Assembly (NCBI GenBank): GCA_963745835.1
Contig: CAVUZH010000022.1
Coordinates: 192,001 to 256,000, forward strand
Direction: 5' to 3'
Origin: an uncultured delta proteobacterium
GTDB lineage: Bacteria; Desulfobacterota; Binatia; UBA9968
DNA: 64,000 nt
The notes below the pieces were generated by a model. That model did no database searches. It was not told the DNA's origin and was given only the letters and a program-made list of their open reading frames with translations. The stretch's first letter is position 1. Every line of letters begins with the position of its first letter. Made by a program: the position numbers and the translations under genes. Shown in pieces: positions 9,235 to 20,624 of the stretch.

Positions 9235-11037
9235 TTATTCCGCCGTCTTGGTTCGAATACCCAGTTCGCGAAGTTGCCTGGCGTCAACTGTAGAAGGCGC
9301 TTCCGTCAGCAAACAGACTGCCCGTTGACTCTTCGGGAAGGCAATGACATCCCGAAGAGATTGCGCGCCGCTTAGAAGCATTGCTAAACGGTCGATTCCA
9401 AATGCGATGCCGCCGTGAGGCGGGGCGCCGAAGCTCAAGGCTTCCAGGAAGAATCCGAATTTGGCTTGAGCCTCTTCCTCACCAATTCCCATTAGGCCAA
9501 GTACTTTTCTTTGCAACTCCAGCTGATGGATACGAATGCTGCCGCCTCCGATCTCAGTGCCGTTCAACGCAAGATCATAGGCTTTTGAGCGTACTTTAGC
9601 GGGTTCATTATCGAGCAGATGGAGATCTTCATCGAGCGGCGCAGTAAACGGATGATGCAAGGCAACGTAACGCTGTTCATCGGCGTCATATTCCATTAAC
9701 GGGAAGTCCAGTACCCAGACCAGCGCGTATTCGTTTTGCCCAATCAGGCCAAACTTTTCACCTAGGTGTAAGCGCAGATTGCCGAGGGCATCGCAGACGG
9801 TTCGTGCCGTGTCGGCGGAAAACAAAATAATATCACCCACCTGAGCCTCGGCAATTCTCTCGATCTCTTTTTGTTCTGTTTCCGTTAGAAACTTGGCAAT
9901 CGGAGATTGCCAGCCTTCATCAGTGATTCTCGTCCATGCGATGCCCTTTGCGCCGAACGTCGCGACAAAAGGCGTCATGTCATCCAGGTCTTTGCGCGAC
10001 AGCTCTACGCCCTTCGGAATTCGAATTCCTTTGACAACACCGCCTTTGGCAATCGCCGCGGCAAACACTTTGAATTGCGAACCGCGGAGCACATCAGTAA
10101 AGTCTCGCAGCTCAAGACCAAAGCGCATATCCGGTTTGTCGGAGCCGAAGCGGCTCATCGCTTCGTCCCATGTGAGACGCTGAAAGGGTCGCATGATGTC
10201 GATGCCTTTCAATTCTCGGAAAAGCAAAACGATCATCCCCTCCACGATGCCAATCACGTCATCGGCCTGGGTAAAAGACATTTCCATGTCAAGCTGAGTA
10301 AACTCAGGCTGCCGGTCAGCCCGGAGATCTTCGTCCCGGAAACACTTGACGATTTGAAAATAGCGATCGAGTCCGCCGACCATCAGGATCTGCTTGAATA
10401 GCTGCGGCGATTGGGGCAGCGCGTAAAACTTACCTTTGTAGATACGGCTTGGCACCAGATAGTCCCGCGCTCCTTCCGGAGTGCTCTTGGTTAACACTGG
10501 AGTCTCGACATCAATGAAACCGTGCACATCCAGATAGTCACGTATCAACTTGGTCATACGGTAGCGTAGCAGCAGGTGAGCTAAACTGCGTGGCCGTCGT
10601 AAGTCGAGATACCGGTACTTCAACCGGGTATTCTCGTTGGCATCGGTTTCGTCATCGATCAAAAAAGGCGGCACCTGTGAGGCGTTGAGCAGCCGCAATT
10701 CTTTGCCGGCCAGCTCGACTTCACCGGTCGCCAGATCAGGATTAAGAGTCTCCGCCGGGCGCCTCGAGAGCACACCGCGCACGGCAATCACGTCTTCGGA
10801 GCGCAGCTGTTTGGCTTTTTCATGGGCAATGGCATCGACTTCCGGGTTGAAAACGATCTGTGTGATACCGCTTCGATCCCGTAAATCGACGAAGATTAGC
10901 CCGCCGTGATCCCGTCGTGTGTGCACCCAGCCGGTCAGGATCAAGTCGCGTCCAACGTTTTCCGCGCGCGGCTCACCGCAATAGCAGCTGCGCTTCCAAT
11001 CGCCAAGCTGATCGCCAAAAACTCTCTCAATTGCCAT
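9235..11037 (-). CDS. aspS: Aspartate--tRNA ligase (probably non-discriminating)
   Basis: [41 protein letters not shown]; His in RRDHGG is typical of ND-AspRS. Confidence 0.97.
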   Translation of the reverse strand: MAIERVFGDQLGDWKRSCYCGEPRAENVGRDLILTGWVHTRRDHGGLIFVDLRDRSGITQIVFNPEVDAIAHEKAKQLRSEDVIAVRGVLSRRPAETLNPDLATGEVELAGKELRLLNASQVPPFLIDDETDANENTRLKYRYLDLRRPRSLAHLLLRYRMTKLIRDYLDVHGFIDVETPVLTKSTPEGARDYLVPSRIYKGKFYALPQSPQLFKQILMVGGLDRYFQIVKCFRDEDLRADRQPEFTQLDMEMSFTQADDVIGIVEGMIVLLFRELKGIDIMRPFQRLTWDEAMSRFGSDKPDMRFGLELRDFTDVLRGSQFKVFAAAIAKGGVVKGIRIPKGVELSRKDLDDMTPFVATFGAKGIAWTRITDEGWQSPIAKFLTETEQKEIERIAEAQVGDIILFSADTARTVCDALGNLRLHLGEKFGLIGQNEYALVWVLDFPLMEYDADEQRYVALHHPFTAPLDEDLHLLDNEPAKVRSKAYDLALNGTEIGGGSIRIHQLELQRKVLGLMGIGEEEAQAKFGFFLEALSFGAPPHGGIAFGIDRLAMLLSGAQSLRDVIAFPKSQRAVCLLTEAPSTVDARQLRELGIRTKTAE

Positions 11038-12303
11038 TTAGCTAGCCTTCCTCGACAGCAACGCTCCCTCAACATCATTCAAACTTATCTCACTTTGCTC
11101 CCTGCTGGCCATATCGCGGAGCAAAGCTACTCCTCTATCAAGCTCATTGTCGCCGACGATGAGAACCGCCGACGCGTTGAGCTTATCCGCCCGTCGCATT
11201 TGACTCTTGAGGCTTCTAACCTCACCCTCAATTTCGATGGATAATCCTTTCTGGCGCAGCCGGTGCACCACAGGAAAAGCCCAATCGCGAGCATTCTCGC
11301 CTACCCAGACTGTGTAAACTACCGGACCGACGGGAGCCGAACTTCTTTTCGAATGCAGTAACATGGTCAAACGCTCGATCCCCATTGCAAAGCCAACCCC
11401 CGGAATCGCCGGACCGCCGAGTTCCTGGACCAACCCATCGTAGCGGCCTCCGGCTGCAATGGCGCTCTGCGAGCCCAATTGATTGCTTGTCCACTCGAAA
11501 GTAGTCCGGCAATAATAATCCAGGCCGCGCACCATGCGCGGGTTCAAATCGTAATGCACAGCAGACTGCCGCAGCAGCCGCTGAACGATCTCGAAATGTT
11601 GACGGCAGGGATCGCACAACGATTCAAGAATTGAGGGAGCATTCTTGGTCTGCTCAATACAGCCGGGCTCCTTGCAGTCCAATACCCGAAGCGGATTGCG
11701 CTCCATCCGGCGCCGGCAGTTGGCGCAGAGCGCTTGCTCATGCTCCCTCAGAAACGCCAACAGCAGCTGTCGGTATTTCGGACGGCAATCGGAGCAGCCC
11801 AGCGAATTGAGCTGCAACGCGGCGCTTTCAATGCCTGTGGCGGAGAAGAAGTCGTTCAGAAGCAATAGTACTTCGGCATCAATAAAAGGATCGCCTCGAC
11901 CCAATACTTCCGCGCCGACCTGATGGAATTGACGCATTCGACCTTTTTGCGGTCGCTCGCGGCGAAACATCGGTCCGAGATAATAAAGTTTCTGCACCGG
12001 CTCCGTCTTGAACAACTCCGATTCCACATAGGCTCGCACCACGCCTGCTGTGCCCTCCGGGCGTAATGTCAAAAGCGAACTTTTTGCGTCTTGATCGGGG
12101 AACGTATACATCTCTTTTTCCACGATATCGGTCGTTTCGCCGAGTGACCGACTAAACAGTTCGGTTTTTTCCACAATCGGAATTCGGATTTCGGCAAAGT
12201 TATACGCCGCAAAGATTTTGCGAGCGGCGCTTTCGACCCGCTGCCAGATTTCAACTTCACCTGGCAGAATATCGGAGAAACCTTTGATTGCCGTGACTTT
12301 CAT
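11038..12303 (-). CDS. hisS: Histidine--tRNA ligase
   Basis: LRPEGTA, FRRERPQKGRMRQFHQ, RGLDYY, GGRYDGL. Confidence 0.97.
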   Translation of the reverse strand: MKVTAIKGFSDILPGEVEIWQRVESAARKIFAAYNFAEIRIPIVEKTELFSRSLGETTDIVEKEMYTFPDQDAKSSLLTLRPEGTAGVVRAYVESELFKTEPVQKLYYLGPMFRRERPQKGRMRQFHQVGAEVLGRGDPFIDAEVLLLLNDFFSATGIESAALQLNSLGCSDCRPKYRQLLLAFLREHEQALCANCRRRMERNPLRVLDCKEPGCIEQTKNAPSILESLCDPCRQHFEIVQRLLRQSAVHYDLNPRMVRGLDYYCRTTFEWTSNQLGSQSAIAAGGRYDGLVQELGGPAIPGVGFAMGIERLTMLLHSKRSSAPVGPVVYTVWVGENARDWAFPVVHRLRQKGLSIEIEGEVRSLKSQMRRADKLNASAVLIVGDNELDRGVALLRDMASREQSEISLNDVEGALLSRKAS

Positions 12304-12527
12304 TGAGCTTGCTTAATCCTTTTCAATATCGAGCACCTGATCGGCGCAAGAAAGATTCCAGAGTCCACGGCTCGCAAAGTTAGCGCGCAGAGCTGCAGAC
12401 GATGCACTGTGCCGGTTTCAGCAATGTAAGAGCAATGTGGATGGATGCCAAAACGCGGTTACTAAAAAATTATCCAGGACAAGCAAAACTAACCGTGAGA
12501 CCCGACCTGTTGCCATCCCAGCCTGCA

Positions 12528-13256
12528 TTATCCCTGCGCCTTGTACCGATAAGCACGACTACGGCGCGTGCTGCCGTGAAGTTCGGCAAATAAAAACCCT
12601 CGAAAGATCATGAAATAACTGAGACATAGACCCATGCCGACTGCGATGATAAAAATTTGCACCACGTGGGGTAGTTCCGTCGTGATAGCGCTCAAGATGT
12701 TAAGGATCAAATATCCGGTTATGGTCAGAACGATGTTGGGCAAAAGCCACTCTAGCCAATTTTCGACGATGAAGTTATAACTATCGCTAATGAGCCCAAG
12801 TCCGGAAGAACGGGTCTGATAAATAAGCTCAGGAGCCGGGTTCAATAAAATATAGACGGCAAATTGAATCAAGGCGAAGATCAGGCCGCCATTCGGCGTC
12901 GGTGCCAGAGCCATCGCCAAAACTCGCATTGGAATCCATAATATAAAGACGATTCCAAGTAATACCCACAGATAAACCGTAAAGCCGTTGACGAAGTCCT
13001 TGAGATCGGTGCGACGGTTCTCGACGATGTTCTTGATCAAATATAGCCCCGAGCTAATACACGCCTGAGTCGCCAACCCCAGAATCAAACCGGAGATGAT
13101 GCCTAATGGTGCAACCACTAACGCTACGATCGACAGCAATACCGCGTAAACCCACGGGGCAAAACTCACAACCCAGTTCTTGAGCAGACTTTCCCAGGAG
13201 CGGCGCAAGGCCGTCGCGTAAAGCCATAGAGTCGCTTGAACCGTACTCATTGACAT
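12528..13256 (-). CDS. Hypothetical integral membrane protein
   Basis: 242 aa, about six hydrophobic segments. Confidence 0.75.
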   Translation of the reverse strand: MSMSTVQATLWLYATALRRSWESLLKNWVVSFAPWVYAVLLSIVALVVAPLGIISGLILGLATQACISSGLYLIKNIVENRRTDLKDFVNGFTVYLWVLLGIVFILWIPMRVLAMALAPTPNGGLIFALIQFAVYILLNPAPELIYQTRSSGLGLISDSYNFIVENWLEWLLPNIVLTITGYLILNILSAITTELPHVVQIFIIAVGMGLCLSYFMIFRGFLFAELHGSTRRSRAYRYKAQG

Positions 13257-14519
13257 TCTTATAACAGAAAAAAGTTCTGCCGTGCAGCAAACTGCTTTAT
13301 CGAGATCACCCGCATGTTGATTTACCCCAGTTGGTTTATTTCTAAGCCGGCGCTAAACAAGGCGCGTCTTCTGAGCGAGAAGCTAGAGAGTGAATAGATT
13401 ATACTACTTCAGCTTACCTGTAGTCATTTCCTAGCAACCAGAGCAGCCTGTTCCTACAGCCGTACAGAATTGAGCTCTTACGATAGCTGCCAAACCCACA
13501 ATATTCCCGTTTTCTGATCCGACAATCAATATACCCATGCGTCGTAATGCAATATTTTCAACTCTTTAGCCAATAGTCGGCAGATCTGATCAACGATGGC
13601 TAATTTTTTGCACGCGAGCTTCCATCACTGCCCGCAGGCGTTTCATTGAGCTTGATAACTGCTGAGAAGGAGAACTCCGGATGTATTGGATGAAACCTAG
13701 AAGGTATTCTTCAAGGCAGGTCTCAATCTTTCTTCAGGTGCCGGCGAAATCTGCGGTATGACGAAATTTCTCGACCTGAAATCTGTTCAATAGTTCGAAG
13801 ATCGGTTCGCTACAGCTAAATGATTTACATAGTCACTTACCACGAAACGCGATATCACAGCCAAATGGCCAAGCGGCTGATCTTAGTCGAATCGAATCCG
13901 GGTTTGGAACTCGAACGTGTCACCCGCCTGGTTAAAATACTAACGGATGGCAACTTCGCGGCGGCGAGTGTGGAAATCGCCGGACAGAGAGAGTTGGACA
14001 CGAAACATGCGAGGCATCCCGCCATCCGTTTTTACAAGTTGGATTAGCTTTCAGCATCGCCGACTAGGCGATCCTAGATCCAATTAGAAATGTTTTACTG
14101 GTTCTTTGCTGGACCACCTTCCCCCAGATACGACAGCACGAACCTAAGAGAACGTTCAAAAATTCATTCATCATAATCTAAGCTCTCCGGCCGTCCTATC
14201 CGTTTCTCTTATCTACGGAGTCAATCGACTCCACCGTTGGAACGAGCTCTCTTTTTTCGCACGCTGACCTCCACCCTGCGGTGTATTCATTGGTGAAATT
14301 TAATGCTAGTTTATTGGCACACGAAAACATGAGCGCTAATGGCATACAACCACGGCCACAGGTGGTTTGCCTTTCGGAATGCCGATGCTAGTTCTATCCT
14401 CAAAAGGGCGCGGCGGAGTTCGCCAATGTTCCCGCTGTTATCCCGATCTTTGCGTAACTATAATTTAGCTTCAATATAGCTTCCTCTGCGGTAATAAAAC
14501 TGGAAGGCGATCAGCACAC

Positions 14520-15119
14520 ATGCTTACAAGGATTAAACTAACATTTTTTGTTTCATTACTTGCGCTGCTGTTTTGTGGAGCTCTGCCAGTACAGGCTGGA
14601 GCCCCCACTGAAGAGATACGTACAGCTATCGACAAAGGCGTTCAGATCCTGAAATCCGCCAAACTCGACAGTAGTAAGGATCGAGCTAAAGTCATCAACC
14701 AATTGCGCGAGATCGTTTACCCCCGATTTGATTTCGAGGAGATGGCCAAGCGATCTCTAGGTTCTCACTGGCGGCGACTTAGCCCTCAACAGCAAAAAGA
14801 ATTCGTGACTGCATTCACGGACCTTTTGGAGACGACCTATGCGGACAAGATCGACTTGTACGAGGGGCAACAGGTCGAGTATGTCGGTGAGACCATCGAC
14901 AAGAACTATGCGGAGGTGAACACAAGAGTAATCGGCAAGAACCGGGAGAACTATTCGGTGGATTACCGACTCCACGAAATGGGCGGCAAGTGGAGGATAT
15001 ATGATGTTGTCGCGGAGAACATCAGCCTGGTAAACAATTATCGGTCTCAATTTAATCGCGTTGTGGTCAACTCATCGGTTGAAGAGCTCATAAAAAGGAT
15101 CAAGCAAAAATCCAATTAG
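14520..15119 (+). CDS. MlaC/Ttg2D-family periplasmic lipid-binding protein
   Basis: Signal peptide; FDFEEMAKRSLG..W, WRIYDVVAENISLVNNYRSQF. Confidence 0.9.
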   Translation: MLTRIKLTFFVSLLALLFCGALPVQAGAPTEEIRTAIDKGVQILKSAKLDSSKDRAKVINQLREIVYPRFDFEEMAKRSLGSHWRRLSPQQQKEFVTAFTDLLETTYADKIDLYEGQQVEYVGETIDKNYAEVNTRVIGKNRENYSVDYRLHEMGGKWRIYDVVAENISLVNNYRSQFNRVVVNSSVEELIKRIKQKSN

Positions 15120-16354
15120 CCAAATCCAGCTCACGGCCTTAGTTTCATCTACTATGTGCCGCTGTTTTTCGTGCTGAGTTCAGAACGGTCAGCTTTGACG
15201 CTTCCATATCATGATTATTGTTTCTGGTCCCTGCTATCGCGAATCGAGTATTTGACTTCGTTCGCAACGAACTTTGAGCTAGCCTTAGATCTAAGTTCTA
15301 AAACCTCTGTTTCTATTATTCAGGAGAATGAAGGGCCCGAACTCTTCTGAGCCGGGCCGTTTGTTTTTGCCTTTTCAATTCGGGAAGTCTTTTGGCGACC
15401 CTGTCACGATCCCATTCCCGGCGGTCGCAGTCGCGACGGTCCGAGTCACGATCGCGCTCACGCCTGTCGGAATCGCGATCACGTTCAACCCATCGTCTCG
15501 GTCGGGGCCGCTATCACGATCATTGATGGGATCGCTGCGGCTGTTTGCCGCTATGTCGTCCATTCACGCGCGAGGCTGAATACATAAAGCGACCAAAGCA
15601 CTAGCGGACGATGGTCCGATCGAGGATGGCAAGAACCCGGGAAACGGTGCATACAAGCCTAACCGCGATTTTTAGATACTTTGAATCTGCGCGAGTGAAA
15701 CATCCGAATAGCTTTGCCATCTCTGTTCGCTGTGCAGTACGGGCAGGCCTAACGAGCCATGTGGATAACTGTCAATGGCTAGCTTAGGGAGGTATTGTCC
15801 AATCATGCCAAAGATTGCCAAAGATGGTAGAAATGGCGTTTGCGTGCGCACTCCTCAATGATCTACTGCGATCGTAAGCTACTGAAATGGTAGCGTTTTT
15901 GATGCCCACTACAGAGGCAATTCGCTCGGCAGCGGTCCTGAACGACGTGTCCCTGCGGGGGACCCTCAGTTATCAACAAAGTTATCCACTGCTTCTGTGA
16001 ACATCGGATTGTTACCACTCGTCCTATCCGGCACTCTGTTTGACTATGCCGCCACACAACCGGTACCGGCCCTTCGATTGGGAGTTTCGCTAGTACAAAC
16101 AGGCTACTCGTTGTGAGACCAGGCGGACGGGTCGAGCCTCACGCAGAGTGATCATACAGTCAGAGTCCAGAGCGGCCTGCGTCGGATCGAATGGCAATTT
16201 TCCACGCGCGCGCCAAAAAGCTTCAACGCTATGGATTTAATCCTAAGCGGATGAAGTAGCTACCCGAGTTGTCAGATTGCTCCAGACAGGCTAGGCCTGA
16301 AGTGGTCATCTGACTAGTTCAAAGCGTTCACCCGTGCTCTTCAAATATTTACCT

Positions 16355-17091
16355 ATGAGTCTTTGGCGACTTCGGAGCCTCATCTGGATCGTGCTACCAC
16401 TGCTCTTAAGCTGCGCGGCGTCGACGCCCATTGCGGCATGGCGGAATATGATGCACTCAGGTGAAGCTCGATTAAAGACAGTTTTCCGAACGGCACGCCT
16501 GAACTCGATTGGTTGCCGTATCCAATTTCAATCAGGACAATTTGCGAGGCACGATCGATGACACATCACCCGAAGGCGAGCCTGGGGTCGGTGTGTTGGA
16601 TAACAAAAATGCTGGCGGCTTCGCTGCACTCTCTTACGCCTCGACAAACTCGTTATCGACTTCTATCTAGAAACGTGGATTTACGCTCAGGTCACTCGTG
16701 GCGAGAAGGGTCCACTCAATGGCATCGCTTTTCATATCGATACCGTCTCTGGTAACTTCTATCGCCTGGCTACTCAGTTTATGGGAGCGGAACCGGCGCT
16801 GTCACTAGCTTACGTGGGCAAGGAAACCAATCACTTTCCAGAGTATCTTAAGCGCTGGAGAGGAGAAGAGATCCCCGGCGGAGCACCGCAAAGCAGCGGA
16901 TGGCAAAAAATCGCTATCGCAGTATACGACAGCAAAGCTGAACTCTATTGGAATGGAACGAACCTGCCCGGCGGGCCTTTTCCCATAGATCGGGTGCAAT
17001 CGGGTTACACCGGCGTCTATGCGAATTTCGTTGGCACTCTCGGTCACGCCGAACAAAAATAGATGGCCTGCGTGTGTGGCCGCGGAACTAA
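16355..17091 (+). pseudogene. Frameshifted putative lipoprotein (beta-rich), split over several ORFs
   Basis: Lipobox LLSC in 16334 ORF; consecutive + strand ORF pieces to 17091; may be sequencing error. Confidence 0.45.
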
Positions 17092-17230
17092 CTAGTTCGC
17101 AGAATCGTTCTGTTACTTTCGGTTAGCAATTCGGCATCTTCGATTCGCGCCACACGCATAAACCATACCGGTTTGCTTTTTCCGTTTCCTGTATCGATCA
17201 GCAGAATTTAAACCTGTGTCCGCTTCCTGT

Positions 17231-18241
17231 TTACCGAAGAAAAATTTTCTGAAACTCCTTCTTCTTTTCGGCGTAAGCCTTGGTGTCGAACTTATCCATC
17301 GGGATGAACTGAATTTTGTCGGCGTCGGGTAGCGGTGGATAGATGCCTTTACGGTTAACGAACTCGCCCAGCTTGGCCATGATTTTCATGCTTTCGTCAT
17401 CCAAAAAATAGTCGATGAACAATTTTCCCGCGTTGGGACGAGGCGCCTTGTTATTGAGCGCAATGTAATTGCCGTCGCCGAGCATTTTCGGCAGTCTTAC
17501 ATAGTCTAAGGGGGCGCCGGTCTGGCCAAAGACATAGGTGTAATGGACCAGAGTAATGGCGATCGGAATCTCGCCGGTGGCGGCACGCTCGACCGGGGGC
17601 AACAGAGATTCCACAAGAGTGGGTTTGGTCGCCGCCAGATCGCGAATATACTTTTCGGCTTTCTCTTTGCCCATGAGCTTGTGCAGGCTCGCCAGCCACT
17701 GCGTCGTGGTTGTGTGTTGCGTGGGATCAGGCATGACCAATTTACCTTTATATTGGGGCTTGACGAGATCCTCTAAAGAAGCTGGAGCGTCTCCGGGTCT
17801 GATCACGTTCTTGTTGTAGACGATGCCGATAAGTAGATTGCGATAGCTCGGACCCAAATTGGGATCGATCAACTCTTTGGGATAAGCGGCCGCCGCCGGC
17901 GAGTCATACTTGGCAAAGACGCCCTCGCGCTGCATGATCAGCATCGGATCGGCAATGGTGACAACTACGTCGGCTAATGGCCTCCCGGCGCGGTGCTCGT
18001 TGAGCGCTCGATCCATGACTTTCGTCGAAGACGCGCGCCAAAATTCCATTTCGATACCGGTCTTGTTCTTAAAAGCGTTCCCCACACTCTCGGCGATACT
18101 CGTCTCCATTGAGCTGTAGACCACGACCTTACCGCCCTCTTTTTTTGCCTCCGCAATGAGCTTGGAATCCTGAGCGAAAGCCGATTGTCCCGAGATCAAC
18201 CAAATAGAGATGAAGATGGCGCCACCAAATCTCTTTCTCAT
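17231..18241 (-). CDS. Extracellular solute-binding protein (AfuA/Fe3+-type family)
   Basis: Signal peptide; EAKKEGGKVVVYSS, APRPNAGKLFIDY. Confidence 0.88.
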   Translation of the reverse strand: MRKRFGGAIFISIWLISGQSAFAQDSKLIAEAKKEGGKVVVYSSMETSIAESVGNAFKNKTGIEMEFWRASSTKVMDRALNEHRAGRPLADVVVTIADPMLIMQREGVFAKYDSPAAAAYPKELIDPNLGPSYRNLLIGIVYNKNVIRPGDAPASLEDLVKPQYKGKLVMPDPTQHTTTTQWLASLHKLMGKEKAEKYIRDLAATKPTLVESLLPPVERAATGEIPIAITLVHYTYVFGQTGAPLDYVRLPKMLGDGNYIALNNKAPRPNAGKLFIDYFLDDESMKIMAKLGEFVNRKGIYPPLPDADKIQFIPMDKFDTKAYAEKKKEFQKIFLR

Positions 18242-18287
18242 TTTCTCCTCCTAAATGGCGACAAAGCTGCGAGAAGCTAGAACTAAT

Positions 18288-19433
18288 TTATATGTTATAA
18301 AATCGCGCCGCATTTTCGCCTAAGATGGCGCTCTTCTCCTCGGCGCTTATGATTTCCAACGCTTTGGTACTGGGAACACGTTCCCACTCGGTATCGCTGT
18401 GCGGATAGTCACTGGCATACATGAAAGTTTTGGCGCCTAGCCGATCAATCAGGTATCTCAAGTCTTCATGCTCATCGTAGCCAGTGAGAAAGCGGCCCGA
18501 CTTGATGTATTCCATCGGATCTCTCGTGGTTTCCGGAAGAAGATAGGGTGATTCGCCCCAGCCCTTCTCCAGGTGATGTCCGGCGCTAACTCGTTTTGCG
18601 TCGGAGACGTGCTTGTTCACCCATCTTGCCCAGTAGTGCAGCCAGGTGCCGTCAATCTCCAAGAAGGCGCAGCGAAGTTTGGGAAACTCAGCCATGATTC
18701 CCATCTGCGTCAAGGACATGAGAGCCACCATCATCGAGAACGGCATACATGTGATATGGGTCGAAAAGAAATCGGTGAAACAATCCGCCCACGGCGTATA
18801 GTGCATCCCAGTCACCGCGTGAAATCCAATGGGACAATCCAGATCGTTTGCGGCCTTGAAGAACGGATGGAACTCCGGCGAATGAAGCGGGCGGTCGCCA
18901 ACCATGCCGGGAATGGTCGCGGCCACCAAACCTAGATCTTTCACCGCTCGACGCATCTCCTCGACGGCGGCGGGCGGATCTTGTATCGGCACCAGCGCAA
19001 TGCCCTTGAGCTTATCGGGCGCTTGCCTGCACCGCTCGGCGACATAGTTGTTATGCGCGCGGCAAATCGCCGCGGCCAAACCCTTGTCCTCCACGTCCGA
19101 GACAAAGGCGAAAGCCGTGGGATAAACTACCTGAATATCGACACCCAAGAGCCCTAGGTCTTTGACACGACCGGCGACATCGTCGAGCGAACTGTCCTTC
19201 ATATGCATCTGTTTGTGCCGGGGCGACAAGTACAAGAAGCCGCCGGCGCCGACGCCTTTGGACAGGGGTATTCGCGGCACGAACTTTCCCTCCACGGCCC
19301 AACGTCCCTCTTCCATAGAATGACCTTGGATTTTGACTACGCGCGGCCGCTTTCCCCAATATTCCTTCTCGATGTATTCTTCGAATAAGTAGTGCGGCTC
19401 ATGGAAATGCCCATCCGAATCGATGACGCGCAT
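18288..19433 (-). CDS. Amidohydrolase family protein (Amidohydro_2)
   Basis: VIDSDGH, VYPT, ASDYPHSD, ILGENAARFY. Confidence 0.88.
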   Translation of the reverse strand: MRVIDSDGHFHEPHYLFEEYIEKEYWGKRPRVVKIQGHSMEEGRWAVEGKFVPRIPLSKGVGAGGFLYLSPRHKQMHMKDSSLDDVAGRVKDLGLLGVDIQVVYPTAFAFVSDVEDKGLAAAICRAHNNYVAERCRQAPDKLKGIALVPIQDPPAAVEEMRRAVKDLGLVAATIPGMVGDRPLHSPEFHPFFKAANDLDCPIGFHAVTGMHYTPWADCFTDFFSTHITCMPFSMMVALMSLTQMGIMAEFPKLRCAFLEIDGTWLHYWARWVNKHVSDAKRVSAGHHLEKGWGESPYLLPETTRDPMEYIKSGRFLTGYDEHEDLRYLIDRLGAKTFMYASDYPHSDTEWERVPSTKALEIISAEEKSAILGENAARFYNI

Positions 19434-19513
19434 AAGAGTTCTCCCGTTCTGCAAAAATTATCTCGTTAATCGACAGATTCTATAATCCAAACCCTCTACT
19501 GCGGCGGCCGAAT

Positions 19514-20536
19514 TTAAAAAAGAATGGTCTTCAGCTTTGCTAAGATGCCGACGTCCAACTTGAAGATCCCGTCCACCGTGGTTTTCATCTCCTCGGCTGT
19601 CACGGGCGCCAATCCGAGCTTCGCCTTCTCTGCTTCGGCGATGAATTCTTTATCCTTAACAGTCTCCTGCAAGGCTTTTTGCAGAATCTGCGCGCGGTCG
19701 CCAGGCGTGCCCGGAGGCAGGGCGAGAGTTTTGGTGATCTTGCTCGGATAATGGATGCCCACTTCAATCAGCTGTTTCGCTTCCGGCGTCTTCGCCAGAT
19801 CGATGGCCAACGGCACGCGCGGCAGATCCGGAAATGGTTTGGGTACGGTCTGCAGCACGATCAGCACCGTGCCTGACTCGATCGCGTTCTGCCACGCCCC
19901 ACGCATGGTGTCCCAGCCCCAGGTCGTGCCGTCGATCTCACCGCTCTCGGCAGCGAGCCGCATCTCCGCTGTGCCCTTGAATCCGGAGATAATTTGGATC
20001 GGCAGATTCAGCGCGGCCTTGATGACTTTGATTACGTTGTCGGTGCCGAACGCGCCCGGCCCGGTGGTGCCCATCTTCACCGGCGTCTTGGCCGCGATCC
20101 ATTGTTCCATATTGTTGATGCCGCTTGCTTTGGTTAAGGCGATAGCGCTCTCGTCTCGCGCCACCGCGCCGACAAAAACAAACTTGCGGGCGTCGAACTC
20201 GATACCAGGTTGACCCATGACTTGATTGAAGGCGAAGCCGCCGCTGAAGTGACCGAACGTCAAACCATCCGGCTTGGCAACTTTAAAAATATGATTGGCG
20301 GCGAGCAGGCTTCCAGCGCCGGTCATGTTCTCCACGACAATGGTCGGATTGCCGGGGATATACTTGGGCATGTGCCGTGAAAGCATCCGCGCCAGAGCAT
20401 CGTAACCGCCGCCGGGCGAGAACCCGACGATGATGCGGATGGTTTTCCCCTCATAGAAGTTATTCTGGGCCGATGCAGCCCCGGTAAAAAAGAATATGCA
20501 GACAATCAATGCTGTGCTGGTTATCAGCTTTTTCAT
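19514..20536 (-). CDS. Bug/TctC tripartite tricarboxylate transporter substrate-binding protein
   Basis: IIVGFSPGGGYD, VENMTGAGS, KPDGLT. Confidence 0.9.
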   Translation of the reverse strand: MKKLITSTALIVCIFFFTGAASAQNNFYEGKTIRIIVGFSPGGGYDALARMLSRHMPKYIPGNPTIVVENMTGAGSLLAANHIFKVAKPDGLTFGHFSGGFAFNQVMGQPGIEFDARKFVFVGAVARDESAIALTKASGINNMEQWIAAKTPVKMGTTGPGAFGTDNVIKVIKAALNLPIQIISGFKGTAEMRLAAESGEIDGTTWGWDTMRGAWQNAIESGTVLIVLQTVPKPFPDLPRVPLAIDLAKTPEAKQLIEVGIHYPSKITKTLALPPGTPGDRAQILQKALQETVKDKEFIAEAEKAKLGLAPVTAEEMKTTVDGIFKLDVGILAKLKTILF

Positions 20537-20624
20537 TAACCGGCCCTCCCGCCAATCTTGACGTGCAAAGCTAATGGAGATGCCGGTAAAACGTCAAGCG
20601 GAAAACTTCGAATGAATCCTAAAG

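Noticed and set aside
13260-14500. Short ORFs such as 13820-14047
   Set aside because: No recognisable motifs; the region looks non-coding or degraded
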